From assembly GCF_006345805.1 (NCBI RefSeq), contig NC_043003.1:88350001-88414000 (forward strand): DNA of 64,000 nucleotides. Direction: 5' to 3'. Under the pieces are notes generated by a model. The model made no database searches. It had not been told where the DNA came from and was given only the letters and a program-made list of their open reading frames with translations. Of the stretch, positions 1-11,523 are shown piece after piece; position 1 is the first letter of the stretch; each line of letters starts with the position of its first letter. This DNA is from Octopus sinensis. Its lineage: Eukaryota. Position numbers and translations under genes: made by a program.

Positions 1-2267
1 ACGGATGGTGCAAAGTCCCTTCCAGACCTAGAGTTACATGGTGGTACGGTAGACAAAGCCATTAGAGAAAAGAAAAAAGACTGGAAAGCCTGGAAGGGTG
101 GGGGTAGCAGAGAACTGTACCAGGTAGTGAAAAGGGACGCTGGGCAGCAGGTATACATAGCCAAAGGTGAAGCAGAAAAGAAGTTTGCCAATGTCCAGCG
201 CTGTGAGGACCAAAGAACTGAAGTATTTCAAATTGCAAGACAGTGTGTAAGAGATAATAATGATGTCACAGGAGAGAAATGTGTCTGCATGGATGATGGT
301 GCACTTGCTTTCAATAATTCTGAAAAGAAAGAGGCTTGGAGAAGCCATTATGAAAGACTGCTGAACACGGAGAATGAATGGGAGGAGGAGAGCCAACCGA
401 ATGTTGACCCAGTAGAGGGTCCAGCTATCCAAATAGTCAGCTCCCTGGTAGATAAAGCAATTAAGGGTATGAAGCATGGAAAAGCCCCTGGGCCATCAGG
501 AATCACTGCTGAAATACTTAAAACATCTGGTGGTGTGGGCTATGGCCTAGTCATCTGCATTGTCAACCAGGTAGTTCATGATGGAGTCATACTCAATGAC
601 TGGCATAGCAGCATCATAGTCAACTGCTACAAGGGTAAAGGTGACGCTTTAAATAGAAATAAGTACAGGGGTATCAAACTGCTGGATCAGGTGACGAAGG
701 TCATAGTCCATCTCATTAGGGAGAGAGTCTGCTTAGATGAGATGCAGTTCAGTTTTGTACCAGGTAGAAGCACCGCTGGTGTGGCAACTGCAGGAGAAAT
801 ACTTAGCTAAAGATAAACCCCTATACTTAGCTTTTGTGGACTTGGAGAAATCCTATGACAGGGTCCACCCCTCCTTTATCTGGTGGGCAATGCAGAAACT
901 GGAGATTGACGAATGGTTAATAAGGGCTGTACAGGCCCTATACAGAGAGACCATTAGTAAGGTTAGGAATGGCAATGAGTAAAGTGAAGAATTCTGGGTA
1001 GAAGTAGGGGTTCACCAAGGATTAGCCCTCAGTCCCCTTTTATTCATCATAGTCCTCCAGGCAATAACAGAGGAATTCAAGACAGGTTGCCCCTGGGAGC
1101 TCCTCTATGCTGATGACCTGGCCCTCATAGTAGAATCACTACCAGAACTAAAGAAAAAATTTTAGGTGTGGAAGCAAGGTGTAGAATCGAAAGGCCTTAG
1201 AGTCAATGTTGCAAAGACCAAAGTTCTAGTAAGTAGGAAGGCAAACACATCACACACACCCTCAGGGAGGTGGCCCTGCTCAATCTGCAGAAAAGGTGTA
1301 CGTAAAAACTCCATAAGATGTACCCAGTGTAAGCTATGGACACATAAGAGGTGCAGCAACATCAAAGGAAGATTAACTGGGAAGATAGCTTTTGTGTGCG
1401 GCAGATGCACAGGGTCAATAAACACCACAGATGCTCAGAAAACAGATTCCATCACACTCCAGTGGGAGAAACTAGAAGTAATTGATAGTTTCCGCTATGT
1501 AGGTGACCAAGTTAGTAGTGGTGGTGGATGCTCAGAGAGTGTTACCACTACAATAAGTATAGCCTGGGCAAAGTTTAGAAAGCTTCTACTCCTACTGGTG
1601 ACAAAGGGCCTCTCACTCAGAGTTGAAAGGTAGATTGAACAATGCATGCGTGCAAACTGCCATGCTTCTGTGGCAGTGGAACATGGGCCATGACTGCGGA
1701 GGACATGCATAGGCTCGAAAGAAATGAAGCTAGCATGATCCGTTGGAAGTGTAATGTCAGTGTGCACACACGACAGAGTGTAAGCACCCTGAGAGATATG
1801 CTGGACATAAGAAGCATCATATGTGGTGTGCAAGAGTGATGTTTAAACTGGTATGGACATGTACTGCGGATGGATGAGGAGAGATGTGTGAAGAAGTGCC
1901 ACTCCCAAACAGTTGAATGTATCCGGGGGAGAGGTAGACCCAGGAAAACATGGGATGGGGTGGTCAAGCATGACTTTCGAATGTTGGGTCTCACAAAGGC
2001 AATGATGAAAGACCAAGACCTCTGGAGATATGTTGTGACTGCGAAGACCCGGCAAATAAAGTGTGTTCATGGCTGTATCCTACACCAGTTTCGCATAACC
2101 AGCCCCAGCTCATTCAAAAGTACCTTGGATCATAGGGCTACCTATGCTGGTGGCATGTAAAAAGCACCATCCGAACGTGGCCCATGCAAGTGCTGCCTTG
2201 ACTGGCTTCTGTGTCCAACCCATGCTAGCAGGGAAAACGGACATTAAATGATGATGATGATGATGAT
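1..2267 (+). mobile_element. RTE-clade LINE, 5'-truncated at window edge, disrupted RT-PHD-thumb, 3' UTR, (GAT)n tail
   Basis: ORFs 127-810, 737-982 and 1166-1633 carry KAPGPSG, LAFVDLEK, LYADD and PCSICRK..CTQC..H..C..CGRC. Several stops and frameshifts. Ends ACATTAAATGATGATG. Confidence 0.93.
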
Positions 2268-2389
2268 ATATATATTTGTATGTATGTATATACTAGCTGG
2301 TGTAACCGGTAATTCTTGGGGGTAAAATATACATTAAGTGAAAATACATTAAGTATTTAGTTTTCACTTAATGTATATTTTATATTTTG

Positions 2390-2515
<126 letters not shown>

Positions 2516-2526
2516 TTAAATATTTT

Positions 2527-3827
2527 AAGTCCTAATAAGTAGGAAGGTAGACAAATCACAAACGCCTTTAGGTAGATGGCCCTGCTTGATCTGTAGAAAA
2601 GGCGTAGGTAGAAACTCTATAAGATGTACCAAATGTAAGCTATGGACACATAAGAGGTGCAGCAATGTCAAAGGAAGGCTAACTGGGAAGATAGTTTTTA
2701 TATGTGGCAGATGCTCAAGAGCAATAAACACTGAAAATGTGCAGAGAACAACTTCCAGGGAGAAAAACTAGAAGTAGTTGATAGCTTCCATTACCTAGGT
2801 GACCAAGTCAGTAGTGGGGGCGGGTGTGCTGACTGTAACTGCTAGAGTAAGAATAGCCTGGGCAAAGTTCAGAAAGCTCTTACCTCTGCTGGTGACAAAA
2901 GGCCTCTCGCTCAGAGTAAAAGGCAGACTGTATGATGGGTGTGTACGAACAGCCATGCTACATGGCAGTGAAACATGGGCCGTGACTGCTGAGGATATGC
3001 GTAAGCTCACAAGAAATGAAGCCAGTATGCTCCGATGGATGTGTAATATCAGTGTTCATACGCGACAGAGTGTAAGTACCTTGAGAGAAAAGTTGGACCT
3101 AAGAAGCATCAGTTGTGGTGTGCAAGAGAGACGATTGTGCTGGTATGGTCATGTGGCAAGAACGGATGAAGATAGTTGTGTGAAAAAGTCCCACATCCGA
3201 GTGGTTGAGGGAACCTGTGAAAGAGGTAGACCCAGGAAAACCTGGGACGAGGCGGTGAAGCACGACCTTTGAACATTAGGTCTCACCGAGGCAATGACTA
3301 ATGACAGAGACCTTTGGAAATATGCTGTGCATGAGAAGACCCAGCAGGACAAGTGAGACCATAACCCGTGGCCTTTACCTGGGATGTAGCCAGTCCACTT
3401 ATACATACCTTTCCTTCTTGGGACACAAAACTCTGCTTGCAAAGACCTGTTGAAGCAAGTGAAATCGAAATCGAATAAAAATAAATGGAAATTGTAGTTG
3501 TGATACTCGTGCTGGTGGCACGTAAAAGAACCATCTGAACGTGGCTGTTGCCAGCGCCACCTCGACTGGCCTCTGTGCCGGTGGCACGTAAAAAGCACCA
3601 ACTGATCGTGGCCATTGCTAGCTTTGCCTAGCACCTGTGCTGGTGGCACGTAAAAAGCACCCACTACACTCATGGAGTGGTTGGCATTAGGAAGGGCATC
3701 CAGCTGTAGAAACACTGCCAGATCAGACTGGGCCTAGTGTAGCCTCCTAGCTTCCCAGACCCCAGTCGAACCATCCAGCCCATGCTAGCATGGGAAGCGG
3801 ACATTAGACGATGATGATGATGATGAT
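2527..3827 (+). mobile_element. RTE LINE 3' part
   Basis: ORF 2799-3272 ([16 protein letters not shown]), UTR and (GAT)n tail; homologous to 1-2267. Confidence 0.92.
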
Positions 3828-3931
3828 TATATTTTGTGAAATTTGATTTAGTATTTCTAAACTGAATTTTTCCCTGTAAGTTTGGAATAATATTCCTTCA
3901 TATTATTATTATTATATATATATACACACAC

Positions 3932-3967
<36 letters not shown>

Positions 3968-3976
3968 ATATATATC

Positions 3977-4075
3977 AACATCATCGTTTAACGTCCGTTT
4001 TCCATGCTGGCATGGGTTTGGACGGTTTGACTGAGGACTGGTGAACCAGAGGTTGCACGTGCCGGTGGCAAAGTA
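3977..4075 (-). mobile_element. RTE 3' tip
   Basis: catcatcgtttaacgtccgttttccatgctggcatggg is the reverse complement of the RTE 3' end. Confidence 0.8.
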
Positions 4076-4132
4076 AAATGAATCAGTACTTTAATAGAAA
4101 AAGAAAAAGAAAAAAGAAAAAACCCAACTAAC

Positions 4133-4297
4133 TGTGTACATCAGGCCAGACTTGATATTAGCCCTAAGAATATTGGTGATACTTTCTGCAGCTTTTACTG
4201 GTACAGTGCTCTTTTCTACGACAATCTTGGGGCTTTTTGCCACCTCAGCAATCTGCCGAGCTGCTCCCTCAATATATTTAAGATCAGCAGCTCGACC
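4133..4297 (-). CDS. UGDH: Internal coding exon of UDP-glucose 6-dehydrogenase (55 aa, phase 0/0)
   Basis: Translates [55 protein letters not shown], with the UGDH motifs GRAADLKY and EKSTVPV. Bounded by polypyrimidine+CAG acceptor (tttctgttttcag) and GTTAGT donor. No other UGDH exon found by eye. Confidence 0.93.
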
Positions 4298-4394
4298 CTG
4301 AAAACAGAAAAGATGAGAATTCAGCTTTGAATAAAATAAAATTGTTGACAAATAAATAAATAAATATGTATGTATGTATGTATGTATGTACGTA

Positions 4395-4790
4395 TGCTAA
4401 CAGCTATGCTACATGGCTATGAAACATGGGCTGTGACTGCTGAAGACATGCACAGGCTTGAAAGAAATGAATAAAAGTATGCTCTGCTGGATGTGTAATG
4501 TCAGTGTGCATACACAACAGAGTTAAGCACCCCGAGAAAAAAGTTAGACATAAGAAGCATCAGATGTGATGTGTAAGAGGGACAACTGCACTGGTATGAT
4601 CATATGTTGCATATGGATGAGGATGGTGGTGTGAAGAAGAGTCACACCCTAACAGTGGAGGAAACCTGTGGAAGAGGTAGACCCAGGAAGATATGGGATG
4701 AGGTGCTGAAGCATGACCTTCGAACGTTGGGCCTCAAAGAGGCGTTTGGAGATATGCTATGCTTGAGAAGACCCAGCAAGCCATGCCTGA
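4395..4790 (+). mobile_element. RTE ORF2 C-terminal fragment
   Basis: [24 protein letters not shown] in ORF 4604-4870. Confidence 0.85.
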
Positions 4791-4799
4791 TGCCAGGAA

Positions 4800-5545
4800 A
4801 TAGGTGTGATGAGGAGAGAGGAGAGGGGAGGAGGTTAGATGAAGAGGAGAAGAGAATTGAGCCCATGTAGCACAAAGGAGCGAAGAGAGAAGATTAATCG
4901 CTGTTCACAGCGCAGATGAGTCCGGATGGACCCTGTGCAAGGACAATCCGAGCACAGACAGGTGTTGCAAAGAGTGACCGGTAGAGTGAAAATGGTACGA
5001 GACCGGAGTGTCATTGCCGAGTCGGATGTCTCGGAGATGTTCTGTGAACTGGTCAGCCAAGTGACGTCCCGTTTGCCCAATGTATAGAGAAGGGCAGAGA
5101 GCAGGAGATGCAGTAGATGACATTGGTAGAAGTGCAGGTGAAGGAGTCAGTGATATGATAGGGTCAATGATAGGTGCCAGTGAGGAGGGTGGTGTTGGAG
5201 AGGTAAGGGCAAGTGTGGAAGTGTGGGTGGGAGAAAGGGAACAAGCCAGTTGGGAGGTTGGGTTAGGGAAGAAGCTATGGACCAAGAGGTCTCGAAGGTT
5301 GTGGGCTTATTTGAAGGAGGGGAGGAGTCAGACTGGAGATATATATAATATAACGGGAAGGTTTATGAAAATAAACAAAAGACGAAGGCAGGTGGAGTAC
5401 AAACAAACAAATGTATTAGTATGGCGCTCAGGAATAGAAATAGAACAAGTCTTTTACGTTTCGCGCCTACGCTCTTCGACAGAAAGATACACAGAAAAAA
5501 ACCAAGGAGAGAAAAAAATGCGTGTAGGAGCTAACAATTTATCAT
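4800..5545 (-). mobile_element. Penelope-like element family A: partial pLTR plus GIY-YIG fragment
   Basis: ORF 4905-5285 contains LYIGQTGRHLADQFTEHLRDI. 5340-5545 repeats the pLTR end seen at 5660-5870. Confidence 0.85.
5450..5487 (-). ncRNA. Minimal hammerhead-like motif (variant core CUGUCGA), PLE-A
   Basis: TCTTT-CTGTCGA-A-GAGC gtag GCGC-GAAAC-GTA-AAAGA on the minus strand. Confidence 0.55.
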
Positions 5546-5612
5546 GGCGTCCTGGTGTGTGTGTATATATATATTATATAATATATATGTATGTATGTAT
5601 AGGTAATATGTA

Positions 5613-5659
<47 letters not shown>

Positions 5660-5663
<4 letters not shown>

Positions 5664-7350
5664 CGGGAAGCTTTATGAAAATAAACAAAAGACGAAGGCA
5701 GGTGGAAAACAAACGAACAATTGTATTAGTATGGCGCTCAGGAAATATAAATAAAACAAGTCTTAACGTTTCGAGCCTACGCTCTTCAACAGAAAGATAC
5801 ACAGAGAGAGAAAAACACAGAAAGAAGGAGAGAAAAAAAATGCGTGCAGTAGCTAACGAATCAACATGGCGATCTGATTTCGGCCAGAGGTCAAAGATCA
5901 AACATGAGACGCGAGAGCGAAATAAGGGGAGATAATAGGGTTGATAACGGGTTGGGACCAGCTAAAAGTGCGTGGGAGGGGTCTGGATGTGTGTATGTAT
6001 AGGGTTGGTGTATGTATTAGTATGTATAAGGGTGTGTGTGTATGAGAGAGTATTAGTGCGTAAGATTGGTCTGGACGTGCGTATGTATGGGGTTGGTGTA
6101 TGTATTAGTATGTATTAGTATGTATTAGTACGTATTGGTATGTATAGGTATGTGTGTGTGTGTGTGAGAGAGTATAAGTGCGTATGCGGGGTCTGGACGT
6201 GTATGTATAGGGTTGGTGGTGTAAGTATTAGTATGTACTAGTATGTATTAGTACGTATTAGTATGTATTAGTGGTGTGTGTATTAGTATGGCACATCATA
6301 TGTGATGTGATGTGTAAAGTCATGTGGTGTAGTGAGGAGAAGAGGGGGAGGGGGAGAAGAGAGGGGGGAGGGGAGAGAGGGGAGGGGAAGAAGAGGGGGA
6401 GGAGAAGGGGGAAGAGAGGAGAGGATGGAGGAGAAGGAAGGGGAGGAGGGGGATGAAGGAGGAAAGAGGGAGAGGGGGAGAGAGGGAGTGAGGGAGCAGA
6501 GGGAGGGAAGGGGAGGGAGGGAGAAAGAGGAAGAAGGGAAGGGGGAGTAGGGGTGAAAGGATGAAGGACTGAAGAAGTAGGGGTCGGGGGGAGAAAGGAT
6601 AGGTGAGGAGGGGGGGAGAGGGGGGTTAGATGAGGAGGGGGGGAGAGTTGAGACCAAATGGCGTATAAGAGCGAAGAGAGAAGATTAATTCCTGTTCACG
6701 GCGCAAACGGGAATCCGGATGGCCTCTGTGTAAGGACAAAACGAACACAGATAGGTGTTGCAAGGAGTGACGGGTGGAGCGGAAATGGCGTGAGACCGTG
6801 TGTGTCGTTCGCAAGGTGGATGTCACGAAGGTGTTCCGCGAACCGGTCAGCCAAGCGGCGTCCCGTTTGTCCGATGTACAAGGAATTGCAGAGAGAGCAA
6901 GAGATGCAATAGATATATTGCTGGAGGTGCAGGTGAAGGAGTGGATGATGGGATAGGGTCGATGGTGGGTGCTAGTGAGGCGGGTGGTGTTGGAGAGGTA
7001 AGGGCAAGTGCGGCAACGTGGGCGGGAGCAGGGGAACGAGCCGGGTTGGGAGGTAGGGTCAGGGAAGGAGCTATGGACCAAAAGGTCTCGAAGGTTGTGG
7101 GCTCGTTTGAAAGAGGGGAGGGGTCGGTTAGGGAAGAGGTGTGAAGTGGACGGGTCGGACTGGAGATGACGGAAAGCTCGAAGAATGGTGCGTTGGAGAC
7201 GTAGGGTCGTGGGGTGGTAAGTGAGGGGAAAAGGGAGGCGGGAGACTACAGGGCGGGTTCGGGGAGAGAGAGCAGATACACGGTCCACGGACCGTGCTCT
7301 GGCAAGGGCGGTGTGGATAGTGGTGAGGGGGTATCCACGTAGGGTATATA
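5660..7350 (-). mobile_element. Penelope-like element family A, 5'-truncated: RT-thumb/linker/GIY-YIG plus 3' pLTR ending at (TA)n
   Basis: ORF 6626-7378 (LPFPLTYHP, FKRAHNLRDLLVHS, GSFPCSRPRCRTC) and frameshifted MYIGQTGRRLADRFAEHLRDI. 3' end TTCCCGTTA(TA)n is shared with 38445-39185. Confidence 0.9.
5761..5797 (-). ncRNA. Minimal hammerhead-like motif (variant core CUGUUGA), PLE-A
   Basis: TCTTT-CTGTTGA-A-GAGC gtag GCTC-GAAAC-GTT-AAGA on the minus strand. Confidence 0.55.
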
Positions 7351-7352
7351 TA

Positions 7353-9195
7353 CAAGATAAGAAAATGGAGAAATACATCTAAATCAAATATCAATTACCA
7401 GGTAATACTCAATCACATACTTTATTAAACCACCACATAAGAGACTGTAGGGTTAAACATAAAAAAGCAGAACAAATCAGTGTACATAAAGGAATGTACA
7501 TAAAAAAGTGTACATAAAAGAGTAATGTTGTATAATAAGTAGAATATATATAAAAAAGAGAATATAAATATAAGTATAGATTACATCTTACAGCTGTTTC
7601 GGCCATGTAGATAAGTATGTCTCATTTTACCAATATTAGCCTTTTATGGTAGGTCAATATATAGATATAAATGAGACATTTACAAAAATATCATAAGGCC
7701 TCTTCGGAGATATACATATACATATGAGTGCATATACTCACACTCCTATACATATAAAAATATACATATACATAATAATGAAAATAAATAATATAAATTA
7801 GTAAACATATACATGTTCTATATTCAACGTTTCAGTTCTTCAACTTAATATTGTGATAATAAACATACACATATTAGTACCTAGATGCAAATATACATAG
7901 TCAATAGTACATTATATTACTTCCTACAAATTTCCAAAGTGTCATTAAAGTTAGCATTATTATCGTTGTCAATACCATTAATGCTACCATTATTATCATT
8001 CATAATATTATTAATAACGCTTACATTAGGATCCAAAGTGGCACATATGTATGTCCCGGTTCCAGTTAGTAATTTTCCTTATGACATAAATACACTATTG
8101 GATTTGAATTTAAATTATCATTGTCTTCATCATGGTTGGTCTGTTGAGAGCCGCCCGACCTCCACCACACCGCACAAGAAAAACATACACATCCAACCCA
8201 AAACCCACACACACATGCACACACACATGAATACACCCCAACACATCCCTACACATTCTCTAGATTGCAGAGTGTATGTCTGTCATCGCATGGCTTATAG
8301 ACAAATCAGTACAGGCAGCAGTGTCTATACACTAACACACACACTCACATCCGCATATACTCATAAATATTAATACACTCTCATATACTGTATCAGGGAA
8401 CATTCGTACACACATATATACATATTTAAATATAAGTCTGCGCACTCATACGTACAAATAAAACCTATACTTATATCTACCCATGAATAAATATTTGCAT
8501 ATACATATATATATATATCCAAATACGCACCTGCGTACTCATATGTATAAGAAAAACATACATTTGTACGTCCACCCACGAACATACCTATACGTACGAA
8601 AACATACATACGTACACATACACATTTTCACACACCTCGACACCACAACCCACATCCACTAAATCATAAATTAAAATATATGTCTGCCCATCCAAAGACG
8701 TATATATATACATACACAAAAAGTAAACAGAAGTTACTATTAACTTATATATAAGTTCATTAATTATAAATTAAATTAAATTAATTATAAGTTAGTAAGT
8801 GCCAAATAAACAAAAATAAATAATTAAATAAATAAATATAAATATATATATATGTATAGATAAATAAAATGGAATACAAATTAAGAAGAGCACAAAGATA
8901 AACCTAATATAGTAAATATAAGTGGTATGTGCATGTGGGTGCATTTCGGCGTATCCACTTATATTTACTATGTGATTGAGTATTACCTGGTAATTGATAT
9001 TTGATTTAGATGTATTTCTCCATTTTCTTATCTTGTGGTAAATCATTTTACCCTTGCCCATATAATACAGTAAATGAATTGATTGCATCGCAATCCTTAA
9101 CATTTATGTATTAACTTTGTTGGGTACTTCACTAGCAGTATATTGGATGTATGTTATCCCATAGAGGGTTGCATTTACAACCCCTATCTCAATTT
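7353..9195. mobile_element. PLE family B pLTR-type sequences in inverted arrangement, no ORF recognised
   Basis: Perfect 67-bp inverted repeat 7353-7419 / 8969-9035. 9020-9190 is homologous to 21600-21750. HHR-like motif inside. Confidence 0.6.
7585..7711 (-). ncRNA. Hammerhead ribozyme-like motif, family B (core mutated to CCGAAGA)
   Basis: ATCT-CCGAAGA-GGCC..long loop..GGCC-GAAAC-AGCT-GTA-AGAT on the minus strand. Confidence 0.65.
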
Positions 9196-9212
9196 GTATA
9201 TATATATATACA

Positions 9213-9835
9213 CACCATAAATCCTTGAGTATAGTCCGCCCTTGAGTATAATACGCAGGGGATTTTTAGGAGACTGTACCTCTAAAAAACCTAAACCTTG
9301 TGAATAATACACACCCCTTCTCTAACTTGGGTCAAGGAGGTCTATATAACATCCTTGGTTTGTAAAAATGTATACAGTAACGTCCTTTATTATTATTGTA
9401 TATATAACATAATGCAAACCTGTAGCTTTTTTGTGCATTTTGTTTGCAGAAAATAAAGAAATAACAGTAATAACATCAGTGAAAAATAAATATTAAGTAA
9501 ATTGCCATTACATACTTATCACTATCAATTACAAAAGCTAAAACATTTATTCAAATCCTTCAAGGTCAACATCACTTTCAGCATCAAATAACTGTTCCAT
9601 TTGTTCCTCCGTAAACATGTCAGCATCATTGTAGTGCAAATCTCCATTATCTCCATTATCGTCAGATTCATTGTCAACATCAGAAGATTCATTTTCATTT
9701 ATTTCATCTTTCCATACAACGTCATCCTGAGTAGCATCCAGTGCAGACAATATACAACATTTGATAAAACTTTTCACAATAATCTGGGGTTCAAGTTCAT
9801 TCCATGCATACACGATCCATTTGTATACCAAATGT
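9213..9835 (-). mobile_element. pogo/Tigger-like DNA transposon 3' remnant
   Basis: WIVYAWNELEPQIIVKSFIKCCILSALD plus acidic tail ending DLEGFE. TIR-like caccataaatccttgagtatagtccgc at 9213. Cut by the RTE at about 9835. Confidence 0.7.
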
Positions 9836-10551
9836 TGGACATAAGGAGCATCGGATGGAGTGCAAGAGAAACGTTTGTGCTTGTATGGCCATGTACTATG
9901 GATGGATGAGGAGAGATGTGTGAAGATATGACACTCCCAAACAGTTGAAGGAATCCGGGGTAGAATTAGACCCTGGAAGACATGGGAGGAGGTGGTCAAG
10001 CAAGACCTTCGAACATTGAGCCTCATAGCGGCAATGATGAAAGACCAAGACCTCTGGAGATAAGCTGTGACTGCGAAGATCCGGCAAATAAAGTGTGTTC
10101 GTGGCTCGCAGGACAGCCTGCTGTGCTAACCTTGGATCATAGAGTGACCCGCTGTTCTTGAGGAGACCTATTGAGTCAAGTACATCAACACCAACATCAA
10201 AATAAAAATCAAATGGAAATTGTAGTTAAGATACCTGTGCCGGTGACATGTTAAAAGCATCATCCAATCGTGGCAGTTGCCAGCGCCACCTGACTGGCGT
10301 CTGTGTAGGTGACACGTAAAAGCATCAACCGATCGTGGTCGTTTGCCAGCCTCATCTGGCCCCTGTGCCAGTGGCACATAAAAAGCAGACTACACTCATA
10401 GAGTGGTTGACATTAGGAAGGGCATCAAGCTGTAGAAACACTGCCAGATCAGACTGGAGTCTGGTGCAGCCTCCTGGCTTCCCAGACCCTGGTCAAACAA
10501 TCCAACCCATGCTAGCATGGAAAACGGACGTTAAACGATGATGATGATGAT
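9830..10551 (+). mobile_element. RTE LINE 3' part
   Basis: Homologous to 1800-2267; (GAT)n tail. Confidence 0.88.
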
Positions 10552-11303
10552 ATACATTATATATACAGCTATATAACTATATAGATATAATTATAATTAA
10601 GAATACTGAGAAAGCAGCACCTACATGCTAGAAATAGACATCAAATCATCATCATCATCATCGTTTAGCGTCCGTTGATGATGATGATTATATACATATA
10701 TATAATGTATGACTCTAAAAAATGCATGTGGCTGAGATGAATAATGGGAGTTGCCTTGTATATACATGTGAATATATGTATTTGTGCATATAAGCATGTA
10801 TTTGTATGGGTATGTACATATATAGTTGCATGTATGTACATTTTGATACATTCTACTGGCAAAGGTGAAGTAATTTTTATATTTCTAAACCAGAAATCGT
10901 TCAATCAAGAATCAACCTTAAAAAAATTTTGCCAAATTGTTTTTTATTCATTTACCTTGCTTTCAACCTGTGCTAATGGACTGAAAAAAATGATGTGCTT
11001 TGAGAGTCATTTTGTGTCTATTTTTAGTGTGTAGGTGTTGCTTTCTCAGTACCCTTAATTATAATTATAGCTATATACTTATATATCTGTATTAATATTG
11101 TCTTTTTCTTATGTCTCTGCTAGAATTCAGTTAAATTTTCTGTTTATTGTTTTTCTTTCAGTTATTCTCCTCTAACATAGGAGTTTCTCAATGACAGCTT
11201 TTAGCTCCTGCTTGAGGACAATCAGTTTGCAATTGAGTGTACTCTTCTTGCTATTTCTAAACATCATTTCCATTTCCTTCTTCACTTTTTGTTGGTGAGA
11301 TGA

Positions 11304-11523
11304 AGGAGGGGGTGCTGAAAAGTTCCTGGTTTTGGGTAAAAGAAAGTACAGGAGCATCAGTTAATTATGATTTTATCCAACATCTTCACCTCTCAGATTC
11401 ACACACTTATTGCAGTGGTCCTTCAGTTTTCCTAAGTCCTGTAAAAGAACTTAGAAGGTTGGGCCTACAACCAGGCCTTTTGCAACACCCTTAAAGCCAA
11501 GAATTTTTTCGCACCCCTTTGTA
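11304..11523. mobile_element. Mariner-type MITE (about 220 bp)
   Basis: Imperfect TIRs gagggggtgctgaaaagttcctgg / ccaagaattttttcgcacccctt, ending at TA. Confidence 0.65.

Noticed and set aside
5080-5754. 224-aa plus-strand ORF and other antisense ORFs over RTE/PLE/LINE copies
   Set aside because: Shadow frames of elements encoded on the opposite strand.
10945-10985. Possible 25-nt minus-strand micro-exon (tttttttcag..CAAG|gtaaat)
   Set aside because: Encodes nothing UGDH-like in phase; such splice-like motifs are common by chance.
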